Part shown: positions 54,880-64,000 of the stretch, piece after piece
Layout: every line of letters begins with the position of its first letter
Position numbering within the stretch: position 1 is the first letter of the stretch
DNA from: a bacterium CG10_46_32
GTDB taxonomy: Bacteria > Patescibacteriota > Patescibacteriia > UBA2169
Direction of reading: 5' to 3'
Assembly (NCBI GenBank): GCA_001889965.1
Contig: MOEI01000012.1
Location: forward strand, 1,170-65,169
DNA: 64,000 nt
Notes under the pieces: model-generated
What the model saw: only the letters and a program-made list of their open reading frames with translations
The model's database searches: none
What the model was told of the DNA's origin: nothing
Program-made: the position numbers and the translations under genes

Positions 54880-55632
54880 ATGTTCGCCTACGCAATCATC
54901 GCAACACTCAGCGTAAGCCTTATATCTTTTATTGGGATTCTTACGTTTTCAAAAGAAATACATACGCACAAATGGCTGCGCCGGCTTATCGGGCTTGCGG
55001 TTGGCACGTTGCTTGGGGCAGTATTTTTTGATCTGCTTCCGGAAACTATCAAGTCATTCGAAAACCCGAACACAGCTTCACTCGTCATTCTCGCTTCCAT
55101 TCTTGCATTCTTTGTTATTGAAAAAGCAATTCACTATCATCACTGTAGATGCGAAGGAAAAGAGCATACATATAAAAAAAACAACCTTATCATCAACAAT
55201 CTTATCGGCGACGGGATTCATAATTTTATTGATGGCACTATTATCGCGGGCGCATTCTTGGTTGATGTTAGGCTCGGCATTGGCACTACACTAGCAGTAG
55301 CATTGCACGAAATTCCACAGGAAGTTTCTGATTTCTCTATCTTGGTCTATGCTGGCCTCTCGCGATTCAAAGCCATACTCTACAATGTGCTCTTTGGACT
55401 CACGAGCGTTATTGGTGCGATTGTGGTGTTTGTATTTGCTCAATCCTTAGGAAATCTGATTCCAATACTTCTTGCAATTGCAACCGGAAACTTTATCTAC
55501 CTTGCAATGGCAGATTTAGTGCCTGAACTGAACCATGAAAATAATCCGAAACGCGTATGGGCACAACTTTTGTGGGTTGGCATGGGCATAACGCTTCTGT
55601 ATCTTGTTGGCATAGTTACTGGACACGAGTAG
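54880..55632 (+). CDS. ZIP-family metal (zinc) transporter
   Basis: His-rich loop (HYHHCRCEGKEH), HEIPQEVSDF signature helix; 250 aa. Confidence 0.85.
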   Translation: MFAYAIIATLSVSLISFIGILTFSKEIHTHKWLRRLIGLAVGTLLGAVFFDLLPETIKSFENPNTASLVILASILAFFVIEKAIHYHHCRCEGKEHTYKKNNLIINNLIGDGIHNFIDGTIIAGAFLVDVRLGIGTTLAVALHEIPQEVSDFSILVYAGLSRFKAILYNVLFGLTSVIGAIVVFVFAQSLGNLIPILLAIATGNFIYLAMADLVPELNHENNPKRVWAQLLWVGMGITLLYLVGIVTGHE

Positions 55633-55682
55633 CTGCCGCATAATTCACCAAACAGTGTAGTTTATGGTATAATAGTTATACC

Positions 55683-57176
55683 ATGGCTATTTTTAATCCA
55701 ATACTATTCTTTGTATTAGATGTCTATCGTCAGCTATTAGCTGCGAATGATCCTTTTTATGCTATATTAATTTTGCTGGTGAATGGATTCTGGATTCCGA
55801 TTGCTTTCATCATATACAAAAATGCCGAAATCGCGTGGAAAGATTGGCGGCAAAGCCTCTATCATAATGCAAAAAGGAGATTTATCCTGCTTGCTATCGA
55901 CGTGCCGCGTTTAAACGAACAATCCCCGAAAGCCGTTGAAAGCATCTTTACGCAGCTACATGGCGCGCTTCCCGGACGGAACAATATATACGAAAATTGG
56001 TGGGTTGGAAAAAATGTAGATTACTTTAGCGTTGAACTAGTTTCTATCGAAGGCTATGTTCAATTCTTGGTGCATACGCAGGAGGAGTACCGAGACATGG
56101 TGGAAAGCGCATTTTACTCCCAATATCCAGATGCGGAAATCACGCAAGTGGAAGACTATGTGTACGGCCAAAATGGAGAATTTAAAGATCTTGTATTCCC
56201 CAACAAAGAGTACGATTTGTTTGGTTGTGAATTTGTGCTTGCGCGTTCAAACGCATACCCAATTCGGTTGCATATTGCTTTTGAGCACTCTCTCTCGCAA
56301 GAATTTAAAGATCCTATGGCAAGCCTGCTTGAAAGCATGAACAAAATCGGCCCTGGCGAACAACTCTGGTTCCAATGGGTTATTACACCTGAATATGACG
56401 ACGACTGGCAAAGCAAATCAAACAAAGAGGCCATGAAAATTGCCGGCAAAAAAATAGAGTCATCAGAAAACATTGTTGATAGGGCAGTAAGCACGCTTAT
56501 TAATATGATTGATGCTATTGGCATTGCGGTTTTTCCTTTCTATAACCAAACCGAAGAATCAAAAAAAGATGACGAAATGCTGAGCCTTATGCTGCATCTA
56601 ACTCCAGCAGAACAAGGACGAATTGAAGGCATTCAAATGAAAGCTGATAAACACGGTTTTTGGACTAAATTCAGATACCTGTATATTGCGAAAAAAGCAG
56701 TAGCTTCCAAGGCGCGCGGATTAGCGCCAATTGTCGGAGCCCTGAAACAATTCAGCTCCTTAAATACGAACTCGCTTAAAACGCACAAATACACAAAAAC
56801 ATGGGGTCTTGATTATTTGATGGTGGAACAACGTATCGCAGCCAGACAAAATAAACTTCTCCGAGCATTTCAGGATCGCGGCCGCAGCGCAGGCTCCAAT
56901 GGAATCGTGTTAAACACAGAAGAACTTGCCACACTCTACCACTTCCCAACAGAAACCGTAAAAGCTCCGCTGGTTTCTAGAACTACCTCCAAACGCGGGT
57001 CAGCGCCAGTAAGCTTGCCAGTGGAAGGCGGGCCGCACACACTAGACACTTCGCTTGACGACCAGCCAGCGCAGCCCGCAGAACAAGCAGCCATGCAGCG
57101 CGCAACCGCGCAGGAGGCACAAGAAGCCCGAGCAGCTCATCAAAGTCAAGCGCCAACAAACTTGCCGTTTGTGTAA
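55683..57176 (+). CDS. Hypothetical membrane-anchored protein (497 aa)
   Basis: Two N-terminal TM helices, large soluble domain, Q/A-rich C-terminus; no recognised motif. Confidence 0.5.
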   Translation: MAIFNPILFFVLDVYRQLLAANDPFYAILILLVNGFWIPIAFIIYKNAEIAWKDWRQSLYHNAKRRFILLAIDVPRLNEQSPKAVESIFTQLHGALPGRNNIYENWWVGKNVDYFSVELVSIEGYVQFLVHTQEEYRDMVESAFYSQYPDAEITQVEDYVYGQNGEFKDLVFPNKEYDLFGCEFVLARSNAYPIRLHIAFEHSLSQEFKDPMASLLESMNKIGPGEQLWFQWVITPEYDDDWQSKSNKEAMKIAGKKIESSENIVDRAVSTLINMIDAIGIAVFPFYNQTEESKKDDEMLSLMLHLTPAEQGRIEGIQMKADKHGFWTKFRYLYIAKKAVASKARGLAPIVGALKQFSSLNTNSLKTHKYTKTWGLDYLMVEQRIAARQNKLLRAFQDRGRSAGSNGIVLNTEELATLYHFPTETVKAPLVSRTTSKRGSAPVSLPVEGGPHTLDTSLDDQPAQPAEQAAMQRATAQEAQEARAAHQSQAPTNLPFV

Positions 57177-57183
57177 TATTGCA

Positions 57184-57221
57184 AAAAAATATACGCTCCC
57201 CCATTGCTGGGGAGCGTATAT
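57184..57221 (+). terminator. Hairpin terminator candidate
   Basis: tatacgctcccc-attgc-tggggagcgtata perfect stem, A-run upstream, weak T-tract downstream. Confidence 0.35.
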
Positions 57222-57576
57222 GTAAGTACTCTTCTTTATGATGTATTATTCCGTGATAGCATATCATAATTTCTAATGAGTTGATGAAGGTAAAACTGCC
57301 TCATTTTTATCCAGAGGTAGTTTTGCTTTTTTTGTTTTTTTAAAGAACACAATTCTGTCCCCGGCTACTGTGCTCGGGGCATTATAATCATCTTATATTT
57401 TTTTGATTTTTTGCCTCATAGGGCGCAGATGATTGGTGTTTACTGCCTATGCTTAGGCTCTAGAATCCTAAGCATATAAAAAGACACTTCACGGGATGCG
57501 AAGTGCCTGGCAGGAAACGTACCTAAAGGTAGTATAGCATACCTTTAGACAAAAGTCAAGAATTTCGGTATTTGTG

Positions 57577-58008
57577 TTAAAAATATTTCTTCAAAAAATC
57601 CGATGGCTCCATAATCTCAATGGGTAGCTGCAGTTTGAGCAATGCCTCATTCCTTGAAAAGTGCCGCCGATCCAGTGTGAGCAGGACATCCGCGCGCGCG
57701 AGCACGGCTCCGACAAGAATCGGCACGTCTTTACCCGGCACATAGCGGGCCGCAATACTCGCCTCCGACGACACAAACTCAAAAGGATGTTGGATGATGT
57801 AATTACCTTGCAGGATGTTTTGATAGTGCGCAAAAAGTTCCCGCTCTCTAAACGATTGCCTGATGTTTCGCTCCGCTTCCCGGAGCACGTGTTCGGTTGT
57901 GATAACAGTTATCGAACCGGCTCTCGCCATGCGCAACACAAAACCAGATCCCCCGTGCGGGGACCTGGCTGCTGCAAAAAATACGTTTGCGTCCACAAAC
58001 ACGTTCAT
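57577..58008 (-). CDS. vapC: PIN-domain toxin (VapC-like)
   Basis: N-terminal MNVFVDANV...; conserved acidic residues of the PIN fold; 143 aa. Confidence 0.75.
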   Translation of the reverse strand: MNVFVDANVFFAAARSPHGGSGFVLRMARAGSITVITTEHVLREAERNIRQSFRERELFAHYQNILQGNYIIQHPFEFVSSEASIAARYVPGKDVPILVGAVLARADVLLTLDRRHFSRNEALLKLQLPIEIMEPSDFLKKYF

Positions 58009-58220
58009 GGCGCAGCTTCTAGAGTACGCAAAAGATTCTCTATTCGTTCTCTGGTCTCCAAATCAAGCTCATCCGCCTGCTCAAATTCCCGAATCCGTTC
58101 AGGTGTATATATCTCAATGCCTGCATCCGTCGCTTCTGAACGCTTAAAAATCTTCTCGTAGAGCGTTGCCTGTTGTTTTAATATTTCGTACTGATTTTTG
58201 GGGATGGTAACAGTATCCAT
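58005..58220 (-). CDS. Putative antitoxin (VapB-like) upstream of the PIN toxin
   Basis: About 70-aa ORF (start taken at the internal MDTVTIPKNQYE) overlapping the PIN gene start by 4 nt. Confidence 0.5.
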   Translation of the reverse strand: MDTVTIPKNQYEILKQQATLYEKIFKRSEATDAGIEIYTPERIREFEQADELDLETRERIENLLRTLEAAP

Positions 58221-58242
58221 AATACCACCAGTATAGCAAAAA

Positions 58243-59268
58243 TTAAACCGCAAGGCAACCAAATGTATTCGTGCGGCGGCTCATAGTATTCACTGCCTGT
58301 GTTAATCCGAATGCATTCCCGTGTTGCAATAAACCAACATACGATTGGACTGATGCGTCCCGCGCCTCTTGAGAACCAAGCCTCATAAGCATTCTGCGTT
58401 TTGATGCGGTCCGTAACACGCAATGATCCGGAAAATGCACCCAGCCCAAAAAATCCACTCCGGAAGAAAGGGTTTTGATAAAAACTTTGTCCGGATGCAG
58501 CGCAAGGTTGAGTTCATGCTCTAAAAATTCCGATATTCTTAGAAGCTGATTACGAAGCCGTTCTTTGTCATGAGATAACATCACAAAATCATCAGCATAA
58601 CGAATGTAGTATTTGGCCTTGAGCTTGTGCTTCACAAATCGGTCAAACTTGTTCATATACACATTAACCAATAGCTGCGAGGTGAGATTGCCAAGAGGCA
58701 GTCCCGCGCCTTTTTTGGTTGAGTGGAAACTGGAGACAATTTGTGAAATGAGCCACCTAATATCGCGGTCCGGCAGGTAACCTTTAATAATCTCGATGAG
58801 AATGTTTTGGTCAATTGAAGCAAAAAACTTTCTAATGTCGCACTTAAGTACCCACACTGTCCGGGTATGATTGCGAGACGCCTTGCGGGCAAACGCCCGA
58901 AACCGGTTCATGGCTCTGTGCGTTCCTTTGCCTAACCGGCACGAGTACGAGTCCGCAATAAATGTCTTGTCAAAAAACGGATATAATACCCGGTATAACG
59001 CATGGTGCAGCAGCCGATCCCGCACGCTGGCTTTGTGAATGTTTCTCGGTTTTGGGTCTGAGATGTTAAAAGCGTAATAAGGCGCGTGCTGATAGGTTTT
59101 GTTTGCCAAATCACGGTGGAGCGCAAAGACATTGGTCATTAAATCGCGTTCAAATTCCTGCACATCCCGGCGGTTGCGCTTGCCGCGGATAAACTCCTGC
59201 CACGCGAGAAGCAGATTATCTACAGAGATGATATACTGGTAACTGCCATTAAAAATAACCTTGCCCAT
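58243..59268 (-). CDS. DGR-type reverse transcriptase (stand-alone, 341 aa)
   Basis: NLLLAWQEFIRGKR...KASVRDRLLHHALYRVL...SYSCRLGKGTH...LPLGNLTSQL...YIRYADDFVM; paralogue of the RT part of 27242-29218. Confidence 0.85.
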   Translation of the reverse strand: MGKVIFNGSYQYIISVDNLLLAWQEFIRGKRNRRDVQEFERDLMTNVFALHRDLANKTYQHAPYYAFNISDPKPRNIHKASVRDRLLHHALYRVLYPFFDKTFIADSYSCRLGKGTHRAMNRFRAFARKASRNHTRTVWVLKCDIRKFFASIDQNILIEIIKGYLPDRDIRWLISQIVSSFHSTKKGAGLPLGNLTSQLLVNVYMNKFDRFVKHKLKAKYYIRYADDFVMLSHDKERLRNQLLRISEFLEHELNLALHPDKVFIKTLSSGVDFLGWVHFPDHCVLRTASKRRMLMRLGSQEARDASVQSYVGLLQHGNAFGLTQAVNTMSRRTNTFGCLAV

Positions 59269-59665
59269 ACTATGCCGTATTCTACCCCCCCCCCCGACAA
59301 TTTTGCCAGTATTGCAAAAGGTGAAAAGCGCGTATCTCTTGTGGTACGGCTTTTACCAAACGATTCCAAAGAATCACAGGCACTCGCTCGGCAAAAAAAT
59401 TGACACCTTGTTTGTGGAGATCGTTGAGGCGATCGCGACTGCTTGTTTTTTGGTGCGCGCCGAAAAAATCCCGTACGTCCGCAGGGCAATCCAAAAACTG
59501 GATACGCTAAAAATATTTTTAATGATCCTCTGGGAAACAAAATCTTTGGACAACAAAAAGTATGCCGCGCTTTCCGAGCCGCTGGATGAAATAGGCCGCA
59601 TGCTCGGCGGCTGGAACGGCCAGCTTGTAAAACAAAACTCCCCCGCAAAAGCGGGGGAGAAATGA
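59261..59665 (+). CDS. avd: Avd-like accessory variability determinant of DGR-2, on the strand opposite RT/TR/VR (true start probably TTG/GTG near 59308-59329)
   Basis: …KSAYLLWYGFYQTIPKNHRHSLGKKIDTLFVEIVEAIATA…LDEIGRMLGGWNGQLVKQN matches the bAvd/23S-IVS four-helix-bundle pattern. The ORF as drawn reads through the poly(C) tract (PPPP). Confidence 0.6.
   Translation: MPILCRILPPPPTILPVLQKVKSAYLLWYGFYQTIPKNHRHSLGKKIDTLFVEIVEAIATACFLVRAEKIPYVRRAIQKLDTLKIFLMILWETKSLDNKKYAALSEPLDEIGRMLGGWNGQLVKQNSPAKAGEK
59285..59295. repeat. Poly(C)11 homopolymeric tract at the divergent avd/RT junction of DGR-2
   Basis: ccccccccccc lying 17 nt upstream of the RT ATG (minus strand) and upstream of the likely avd start. 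Confidence 0.9.
59638..59659. promoter_or_regulatory. Hairpin immediately 3' (TR-RNA sense) of TR-2
   Basis: ctccccc-gcaaaa-gcgggggag, 12 nt from the TR-2 boundary; inside the avd 3' end. Confidence 0.35.
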
Positions 59666-59671
59666 AGAGAG

Positions 59672-59793
59672 TTGCGAGGACGAGAGCGGGGTTGCTGGCA
59701 TTCCAGCCGTTGTCGAGCCAGTTGTAGTTCCAGTTCCACCTGTTGCCGTTCCAGTTGAGGTAACGGACATAGAGGTTGTCGTCCGGGTCGCGA
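59672..59793 (-). repeat. DGR-2 template repeat (TR)
   Basis: 122-bp copy of VR-2; the minus strand has A at every variable position; Asn-rich translation (YLNWNGNRWNWNYNWLDNGWNASNPALVLAT). Confidence 0.85.
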
Positions 59794-60038
59794 TTTGCAT
59801 AACGCGCCTCCTGTGCCACTGCCCCGCGAATACTCTTGGGGCTGTATCGTATTTGGCATCGCAATGCCCTAGCGCGCCATGCCAAGTATCTTCATTTTTT
59901 GAAGTTTCTGCATGCGCCGCGCTATTCCAAACTCTTGATCGGGAATACTCCGGACGCATGGATACTGGATTCGGCAGCGGCCAGCCGTAGCCAACCACAT
60001 ATTCGCCTAATACCGTTTCTATTGTAACAAAAATAAGA

Positions 60039-60075
60039 GGCCCGCACCATTCGCTATGAACGAATGATGCGGGCC
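60039..60075 (-). terminator. Hairpin/terminator about 70 nt downstream of VR-2
   Basis: ggcccgcaccattcg-ctatgaa-cgaatgatgcgggcc (14-bp stem, 1 mismatch) followed in minus sense by a T-rich run. Confidence 0.45.
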
Positions 60076-60142
60076 TTGTCGCGCGAGTTCTAAGGGCTAA
60101 GGCCAAAGATCCAAAAGATCTAAGAACCTAAGCTCGAAGTAC

Positions 60143-60700
60143 TCAACTTGCGAGGACGAGAGCGGGGTTGCTGGCACGCCAGCCGTCGTCGAGCCAGTAG
60201 CAGCCCCAGCGCCACCCGTCGCCGCCCCAGTCGAGGCAACGGACATAGAGGTCGCCGCCCGGGCCGCGATAGATAGTGCCCCAGAAGAACACATACTTGC
60301 CCTTCCACGCCTCGGGAATGAGGTGCGGATTGGCGAGCAGGTAGTCCAGCACGTTCGCGTTGAGTACGTGCCGGGACTTGAGCTCCTCGCGGAGTTTGTC
60401 GCCCTTGATGGAGCCGCAATTTTGCTCCTCTGTGAGGTAAAGCGCGACCTTGGCGGGGTCCCACTCCAACTGGCCGCCCTTGACGTGCTGTTCCACGCTC
60501 CAGCTCTCGGACAGGAACGGATCGGCGTCGCAGTCAATGACGTGCCTCTTGGGTACGATTTCGGCGCGGCCGTGAATCAGGTCCAGAATCCCGGGCCAGT
60601 TATTGAACTGGCCGAGAAGCGTCACGTCGTGAGGCGTGAGGAGCTCGGACTCCAACCTCTCCATCAACTGGTGGGTCTGACCTTCTGAATAAGAAGACAT
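60143..60700 (-). CDS. DGR-2 target protein with C-terminal variable region (...YVRCLDWGGDGWRWGCYWLDDGWRASNPALVLAS)
   Basis: 185-aa GC-rich ORF; its last ~40 codons are VR-2, ending at the stop codon. Confidence 0.7.
   Translation of the reverse strand: MSSYSEGQTHQLMERLESELLTPHDVTLLGQFNNWPGILDLIHGRAEIVPKRHVIDCDADPFLSESWSVEQHVKGGQLEWDPAKVALYLTEEQNCGSIKGDKLREELKSRHVLNANVLDYLLANPHLIPEAWKGKYVFFWGTIYRGPGGDLYVRCLDWGGDGWRWGCYWLDDGWRASNPALVLAS
60148..60270 (-). repeat. DGR-2 variable repeat (VR)
   Basis: About 19 mismatches to TR-2, all at TR adenines. Confidence 0.85.
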
Positions 60701-60918
60701 GTCTTCTCTCCGTTGTTTGGCACATGTGCCAGTTTGGACGCTAGCGGACTGCCTTATGCAGCCATAGCCAGAAACTACCCAAATTTGAGTTGTTTTTGGC
60801 TATGGCAACACGTTTTTGCGAGTAAAATAGGGGTAAAAAGAGCTAATACTATATTATATCATAACTACGTAATTTGTCAATAGTGCTACAAAAACAACAA
60901 ACAGCTACACTGTAACAT

Positions 60919-62343
60919 ATGTCAACCGCACATCGCATCGCCAAAAACACGCTTTACCTGGCTCTCGGCAAAATACTTTCAACAGGAATCGGGGTATTAA
61001 CGGTCGCTCTTCTGCTCCGATACCTCTCGGTTGAGGATTACGGAAGATATACCACAGTTCTGGCATTTATCCTGCTCTACGGAACTATTGTTGATTTTGG
61101 ACTGAATTTGACGACAACGCAGGACATCTCTTTGCCCGCCACTGATGTTCCTCGCACACTCTCCACAGTATTCACACTACGTCTTTTGGTAAACATAGTG
61201 CTTATACTTCTATTGCCGGTGATTCTACTTGCGTTCCCGTACGAACCAGCTGTTAAAAATGCGATACTTATCACATCAGTCTTGTTTTTTACATCATCTT
61301 TGTTTCAGGTACTGGCAAGCTACTTCCAAATGGCGCTTGAAGCCGGCAAAGTAGCTGCCGCAGAACTTGCAGGACGAGCCATACTGCTCGCAACAACCGG
61401 CATAGCCATTTTCTATGGATTCACATTCACGCAAATTATGCTCACGATTGTAGCAAGTTCATTAGTGCAGTTTTGGGTGCTGTTACGGTTTACTTCGGCC
61501 GCAATCCATCTGCGGCTGATAATTGATTACACAATAGGGAAACGGATCGCACGCAAAACATGGCCCATTGCCTTGTCGGTAATTTTTACGACCATCTATT
61601 TTAAGGGTGATGCGGTAATTCTCTCGTTGACGCGGCCCTACCAGGATGTAGGCATCTATGGAGCCGCATACAAAATTCTTGAGGTACTCATTACTCTGCC
61701 GATTCTGTTTATGGGATTAGTATTGCCTCATCTTTCACGGGCGCATAGCAAGGGCGATACTAAGCAGTTTAATGATATTATGCAAAAAACATGGGACGCG
61801 CTTGCTGTTGTAACTATGCCGTTGGTGGTTGGAACCCTTGTTCTTGCGCGGCCCATTATGGTGCTTATTGCAGGCAACGGCTACGAACCTGCGGAAAACG
61901 TACTTCGCATATTAATTATTGCGACGGGAATTATTTTTCTAGGAAGCTTGTTTAGCCATGCGGTGGTCGCCATTGGAAAACAGAAAAGCATGATACAATA
62001 CTATGCCGCAACCGCAATGCTTGCGGTGGTGCTCTATGTCGCATACATCCCAACCTACACCTACTACGCAGCCGCAGGTGTTACCGTGCTTTCAGAATTT
62101 TTAATCGCCATTGCAGCCGGGATTGTCGTATGGCGCGCTTCATCACTTACGCTTTCTACAAAAGGGTTCTGGGCCGCGCTTATAGCAAGCGCACTCATGG
62201 GTTTTGTATTGTATATTCTGCTTAGTCTAAATGTATTAGTTCTCGTACTCATTGGCGGATCACTCTACACACTCTTAATATATATGATGCGATCACAATT
62301 TTCATTTTTTTTACATGAAACTCCACTCAATCGGAACCACTAA
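60919..62343 (+). CDS. Polysaccharide/oligosaccharide flippase (Wzx/MOP superfamily)
   Basis: About 12-14 TM segments with Wzx-like N-terminal signature (LALGKILSTGIGVLTVALLLRYL…YGRY). Confidence 0.75.
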   Translation: MSTAHRIAKNTLYLALGKILSTGIGVLTVALLLRYLSVEDYGRYTTVLAFILLYGTIVDFGLNLTTTQDISLPATDVPRTLSTVFTLRLLVNIVLILLLPVILLAFPYEPAVKNAILITSVLFFTSSLFQVLASYFQMALEAGKVAAAELAGRAILLATTGIAIFYGFTFTQIMLTIVASSLVQFWVLLRFTSAAIHLRLIIDYTIGKRIARKTWPIALSVIFTTIYFKGDAVILSLTRPYQDVGIYGAAYKILEVLITLPILFMGLVLPHLSRAHSKGDTKQFNDIMQKTWDALAVVTMPLVVGTLVLARPIMVLIAGNGYEPAENVLRILIIATGIIFLGSLFSHAVVAIGKQKSMIQYYAATAMLAVVLYVAYIPTYTYYAAAGVTVLSEFLIAIAAGIVVWRASSLTLSTKGFWAALIASALMGFVLYILLSLNVLVLVLIGGSLYTLLIYMMRSQFSFFLHETPLNRNH

Positions 62344-63193
62344 GGATCCTTGGGCACAGGCGCTGCTTGCGCACATGCCGCGAGAAACCAATGCTAAAAC
62401 CATACTGATTGTTGGCGCGCAAATGCAAATTTTTGCCACATTCTTTTTTTGGCTTGCGCGGTTCCGAGTACTCTGGCTTGCCAGCCATAATGAATATAAT
62501 AATCAAACCAAAACTCTCATGAGAATCATGAGTCGTTTTGCAGAAACCATACTTGCCCCGAACCAAGCAACAGAAGCTCTCTATTTAAAAGCTGGGGTGC
62601 CAGGAAAAAAACTCGTCCTCATATATCCTTCCTGCAAATCAAAACTAGGTATACGCTCGCCGAATTCTGCATTTATTATTGGGTGTGATGGAGAAATTGG
62701 TATTGAGCACGGCTTAGGCATAATCCTTCGAAGCGTAAAAAATGCGCAAGATATTCTAGGAACTATCAAATTGATTATTAGTGGAAACGTAACAGAAAAA
62801 AACCAAATTGAATGGCTTAGTCAAGAACTTGGAATTTCAAACAGAGTGCAGGTCGCCCCATCAAAAGGCCAAGGATGGATGGCGCCGTGCCACTTGTTTT
62901 TGGTTATCCGTCAGCGCCCTTCCGCGCTTCCGCTTTCTCTGGCAGCCGCTCTTAGCCATGGCTTACCAATAGTCGCGAATGACATGCTCAACCATCGCGA
63001 ATTTATTCAGCACAACAAAAACGGCATTCTCTTAAAAGACATTAATAGCGACATACTTTCGCAAACTATTATCAACCTCAGCCGCAAACCTGAATGGATG
63101 GATGAACTGGGACGCGAATCCAGCCGCTTCGCCGAAGAGCGATTCAGCCCCGAAACAACTCAAGAAAAAATACAAGCGGTGTTCCTGCATTAG
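62315..63193 (+). CDS. Glycosyltransferase family 1 (GT4-like C-terminal domain)
   Basis: …LSHGLPIVANDMLNHREFIQHNKNGILL… matches the GT1 E-x7-E region; the start overlaps the flippase gene, so the true start is uncertain. Confidence 0.65.
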   Translation: MKLHSIGTTKDPWAQALLAHMPRETNAKTILIVGAQMQIFATFFFWLARFRVLWLASHNEYNNQTKTLMRIMSRFAETILAPNQATEALYLKAGVPGKKLVLIYPSCKSKLGIRSPNSAFIIGCDGEIGIEHGLGIILRSVKNAQDILGTIKLIISGNVTEKNQIEWLSQELGISNRVQVAPSKGQGWMAPCHLFLVIRQRPSALPLSLAAALSHGLPIVANDMLNHREFIQHNKNGILLKDINSDILSQTIINLSRKPEWMDELGRESSRFAEERFSPETTQEKIQAVFLH

Positions 63194-63227
63194 GATAACC
63201 GCTCGTATTAGATTAGTTAGATTTAGA

Positions 63228-64000
63228 TTATTCTACTAACGATTCTTCGGTGTTTGCATCTGTGGCCGGTTCAACCGATTCTGCGGGAAGTGTTTCTTCG
63301 GCCACAGGCTGATCGAGTAAAATCGGACCACCGCTATTATCCCGCACTAAGAGTTCCTGAGCGAGCGGAATGATAATTGGCCGCTTTTGGTAGTAGGGAA
63401 CTTCTTTTGGCGCGGAAACTACTGGGAACGAAAGCGCAGGTACAAGCAATTCCTGGCTCACACCGCTCTGGTAATTCCATTGACGCATAAGGATGCGCTC
63501 CGGCGTACCTAGTTTAATTTCTAAGGCATTGCGGGCCGGTACCAAATACCCATACAAACCGCCGGATTCCGCAATTTTGATGATATAATCAGCATCGGTT
63601 TCCGCAGTATATGCCGAACTCTCATACTGCTGACTAAAAAGCCCCGATAAACCTACCACACGACTGAAGCGAATGTTCACATTTACAATCAACCCCGCGA
63701 CATCTCCGCCTTGCTCATACACAGCCTCACCATTCACCATGAGTGGATATTTAACTTGTAGCATATCTGGGATGTACAGCTCTGTTGCTTCGCCTTGGTC
63801 GTAGTACACGCGCCAGGTTTTATCCACAAATGGCTCTCCGTACACATCTGTTCCTATGCCATGGTCGCTCAAAAATGAATGTGCGATACGTATCAATTTT
63901 CCATCCTGCGGAATATCAGACTCGGAAAGCTTATACTTGTCGGAGCAAGCCTGGTCGCGACACTCTTCGCCCGGGTGCGGCCAACGCTGCCAGTTTTCAT
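63228..64000 (-). CDS. Hypothetical protein, N-terminus beyond window end
   Basis: The reading frame stays open upstream of the TTG at 63896 through coordinate 64000; no recognised motif. Confidence 0.45.
   Translation of the reverse strand, partial: ENWQRWPHPGEECRDQACSDKYKLSESDIPQDGKLIRIAHSFLSDHGIGTDVYGEPFVDKTWRVYYDQGEATELYIPDMLQVKYPLMVNGEAVYEQGGDVAGLIVNVNIRFSRVVGLSGLFSQQYESSAYTAETDADYIIKIAESGGLYGYLVPARNALEIKLGTPERILMRQWNYQSGVSQELLVPALSFPVVSAPKEVPYYQKRPIIIPLAQELLVRDNSGGPILLDQPVAEETLPAESVEPATDANTEESLVE

Noticed and set aside
59220-60106. Several minus-strand ORFs covering TR-2 and the TR-VR spacer (59220-59885, 59374-59859, 59519-60106); likewise 29417-29719 over TR-1
   Set aside because: They are open only because TR is a copy of coding VR sequence. 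The Asn-rich translation is the TR signature, not a separate protein.
1-64000. CRISPR arrays, rRNA genes, transposase or integrase genes
   Set aside because: No regularly spaced direct repeats with unique spacers, no rRNA-like conserved blocks and no DDE/tyrosine/serine recombinase ORFs were seen. The mobile-like signals here are repeats and scars without an identifiable recombinase.

Overview
The window reads as a compact, moderately AT-rich bacterial chromosome segment, with gene content compatible with a small-genome (possibly CPR/Patescibacteria-like) organism; that lineage guess is inference only. Most of it is ordinary housekeeping. On the minus strand: a DsbA-like partial ORF, rny, clpP, an nrnA-like DHH gene, infB, greA, a PIF1/RecD-like helicase, polA, recA, ftsK and argS. 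On the plus strand: cca, rluD, rpsT, ychF, the rpsF-ssb-rpsR operon, pilT, ZIP and flippase/glycosyltransferase genes. Four tRNAs are present: Ile-UAU, Arg-UCG, Lys-CUU and Gly-UCC.

Several accessory features stand out:
1. Two complete diversity-generating retroelements (27.2-30.7 kb and 58.2-60.7 kb). Each has a DGR-type reverse transcriptase (LGNxTSQ motif), a TR/VR pair whose mismatches fall almost only on TR adenines, and a VR at the extreme 3' end of a small GC-rich target gene. In both, an Avd-like gene lies on the opposite strand from RT/TR/VR, and a 10-11 nt poly(C) tract sits in the avd/RT divergent junction. The first RT is fused in frame to a full-length DNA polymerase III delta (HolA) homologue.
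2. A recombinogenic cassette locus (14.9-21.3 kb). A 1237-aa secreted protein (beta-helix, LipA-type lipase, tandem ~50-aa C-terminal repeats) is followed by its own small 3-TM membrane protein. Two further orphan C-terminal-module ORFs follow, each with a paralogous small membrane protein and near-identical last 20 residues (LDWNILRSFVY). Duplicated DNA blocks, gene-fragment scars and three copies of the 5' end of an Smr gene are scattered through the locus.
3. A ~130-150-nt hairpin-rich element in three copies whose 3' end abuts a tRNA gene boundary exactly each time, with compensatory base changes in its stems.
4. A small island bounded by 26-bp palindromic repeats carrying a LexA-like S24 repressor, a frameshifted MazF/PemK toxin (ATGA overlap) and gene remnants including a RadC-N/ADP-ribosylglycohydrolase-C chimera.
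5. Further observations: a ~400-nt structured non-coding region after ychF, an AcyP-UppS fusion, a guanylate-kinase homologue lacking the P-loop lysine, and a shared N-terminal leader on two adjacent cell-wall enzymes.

No CRISPR array or rRNA was seen.
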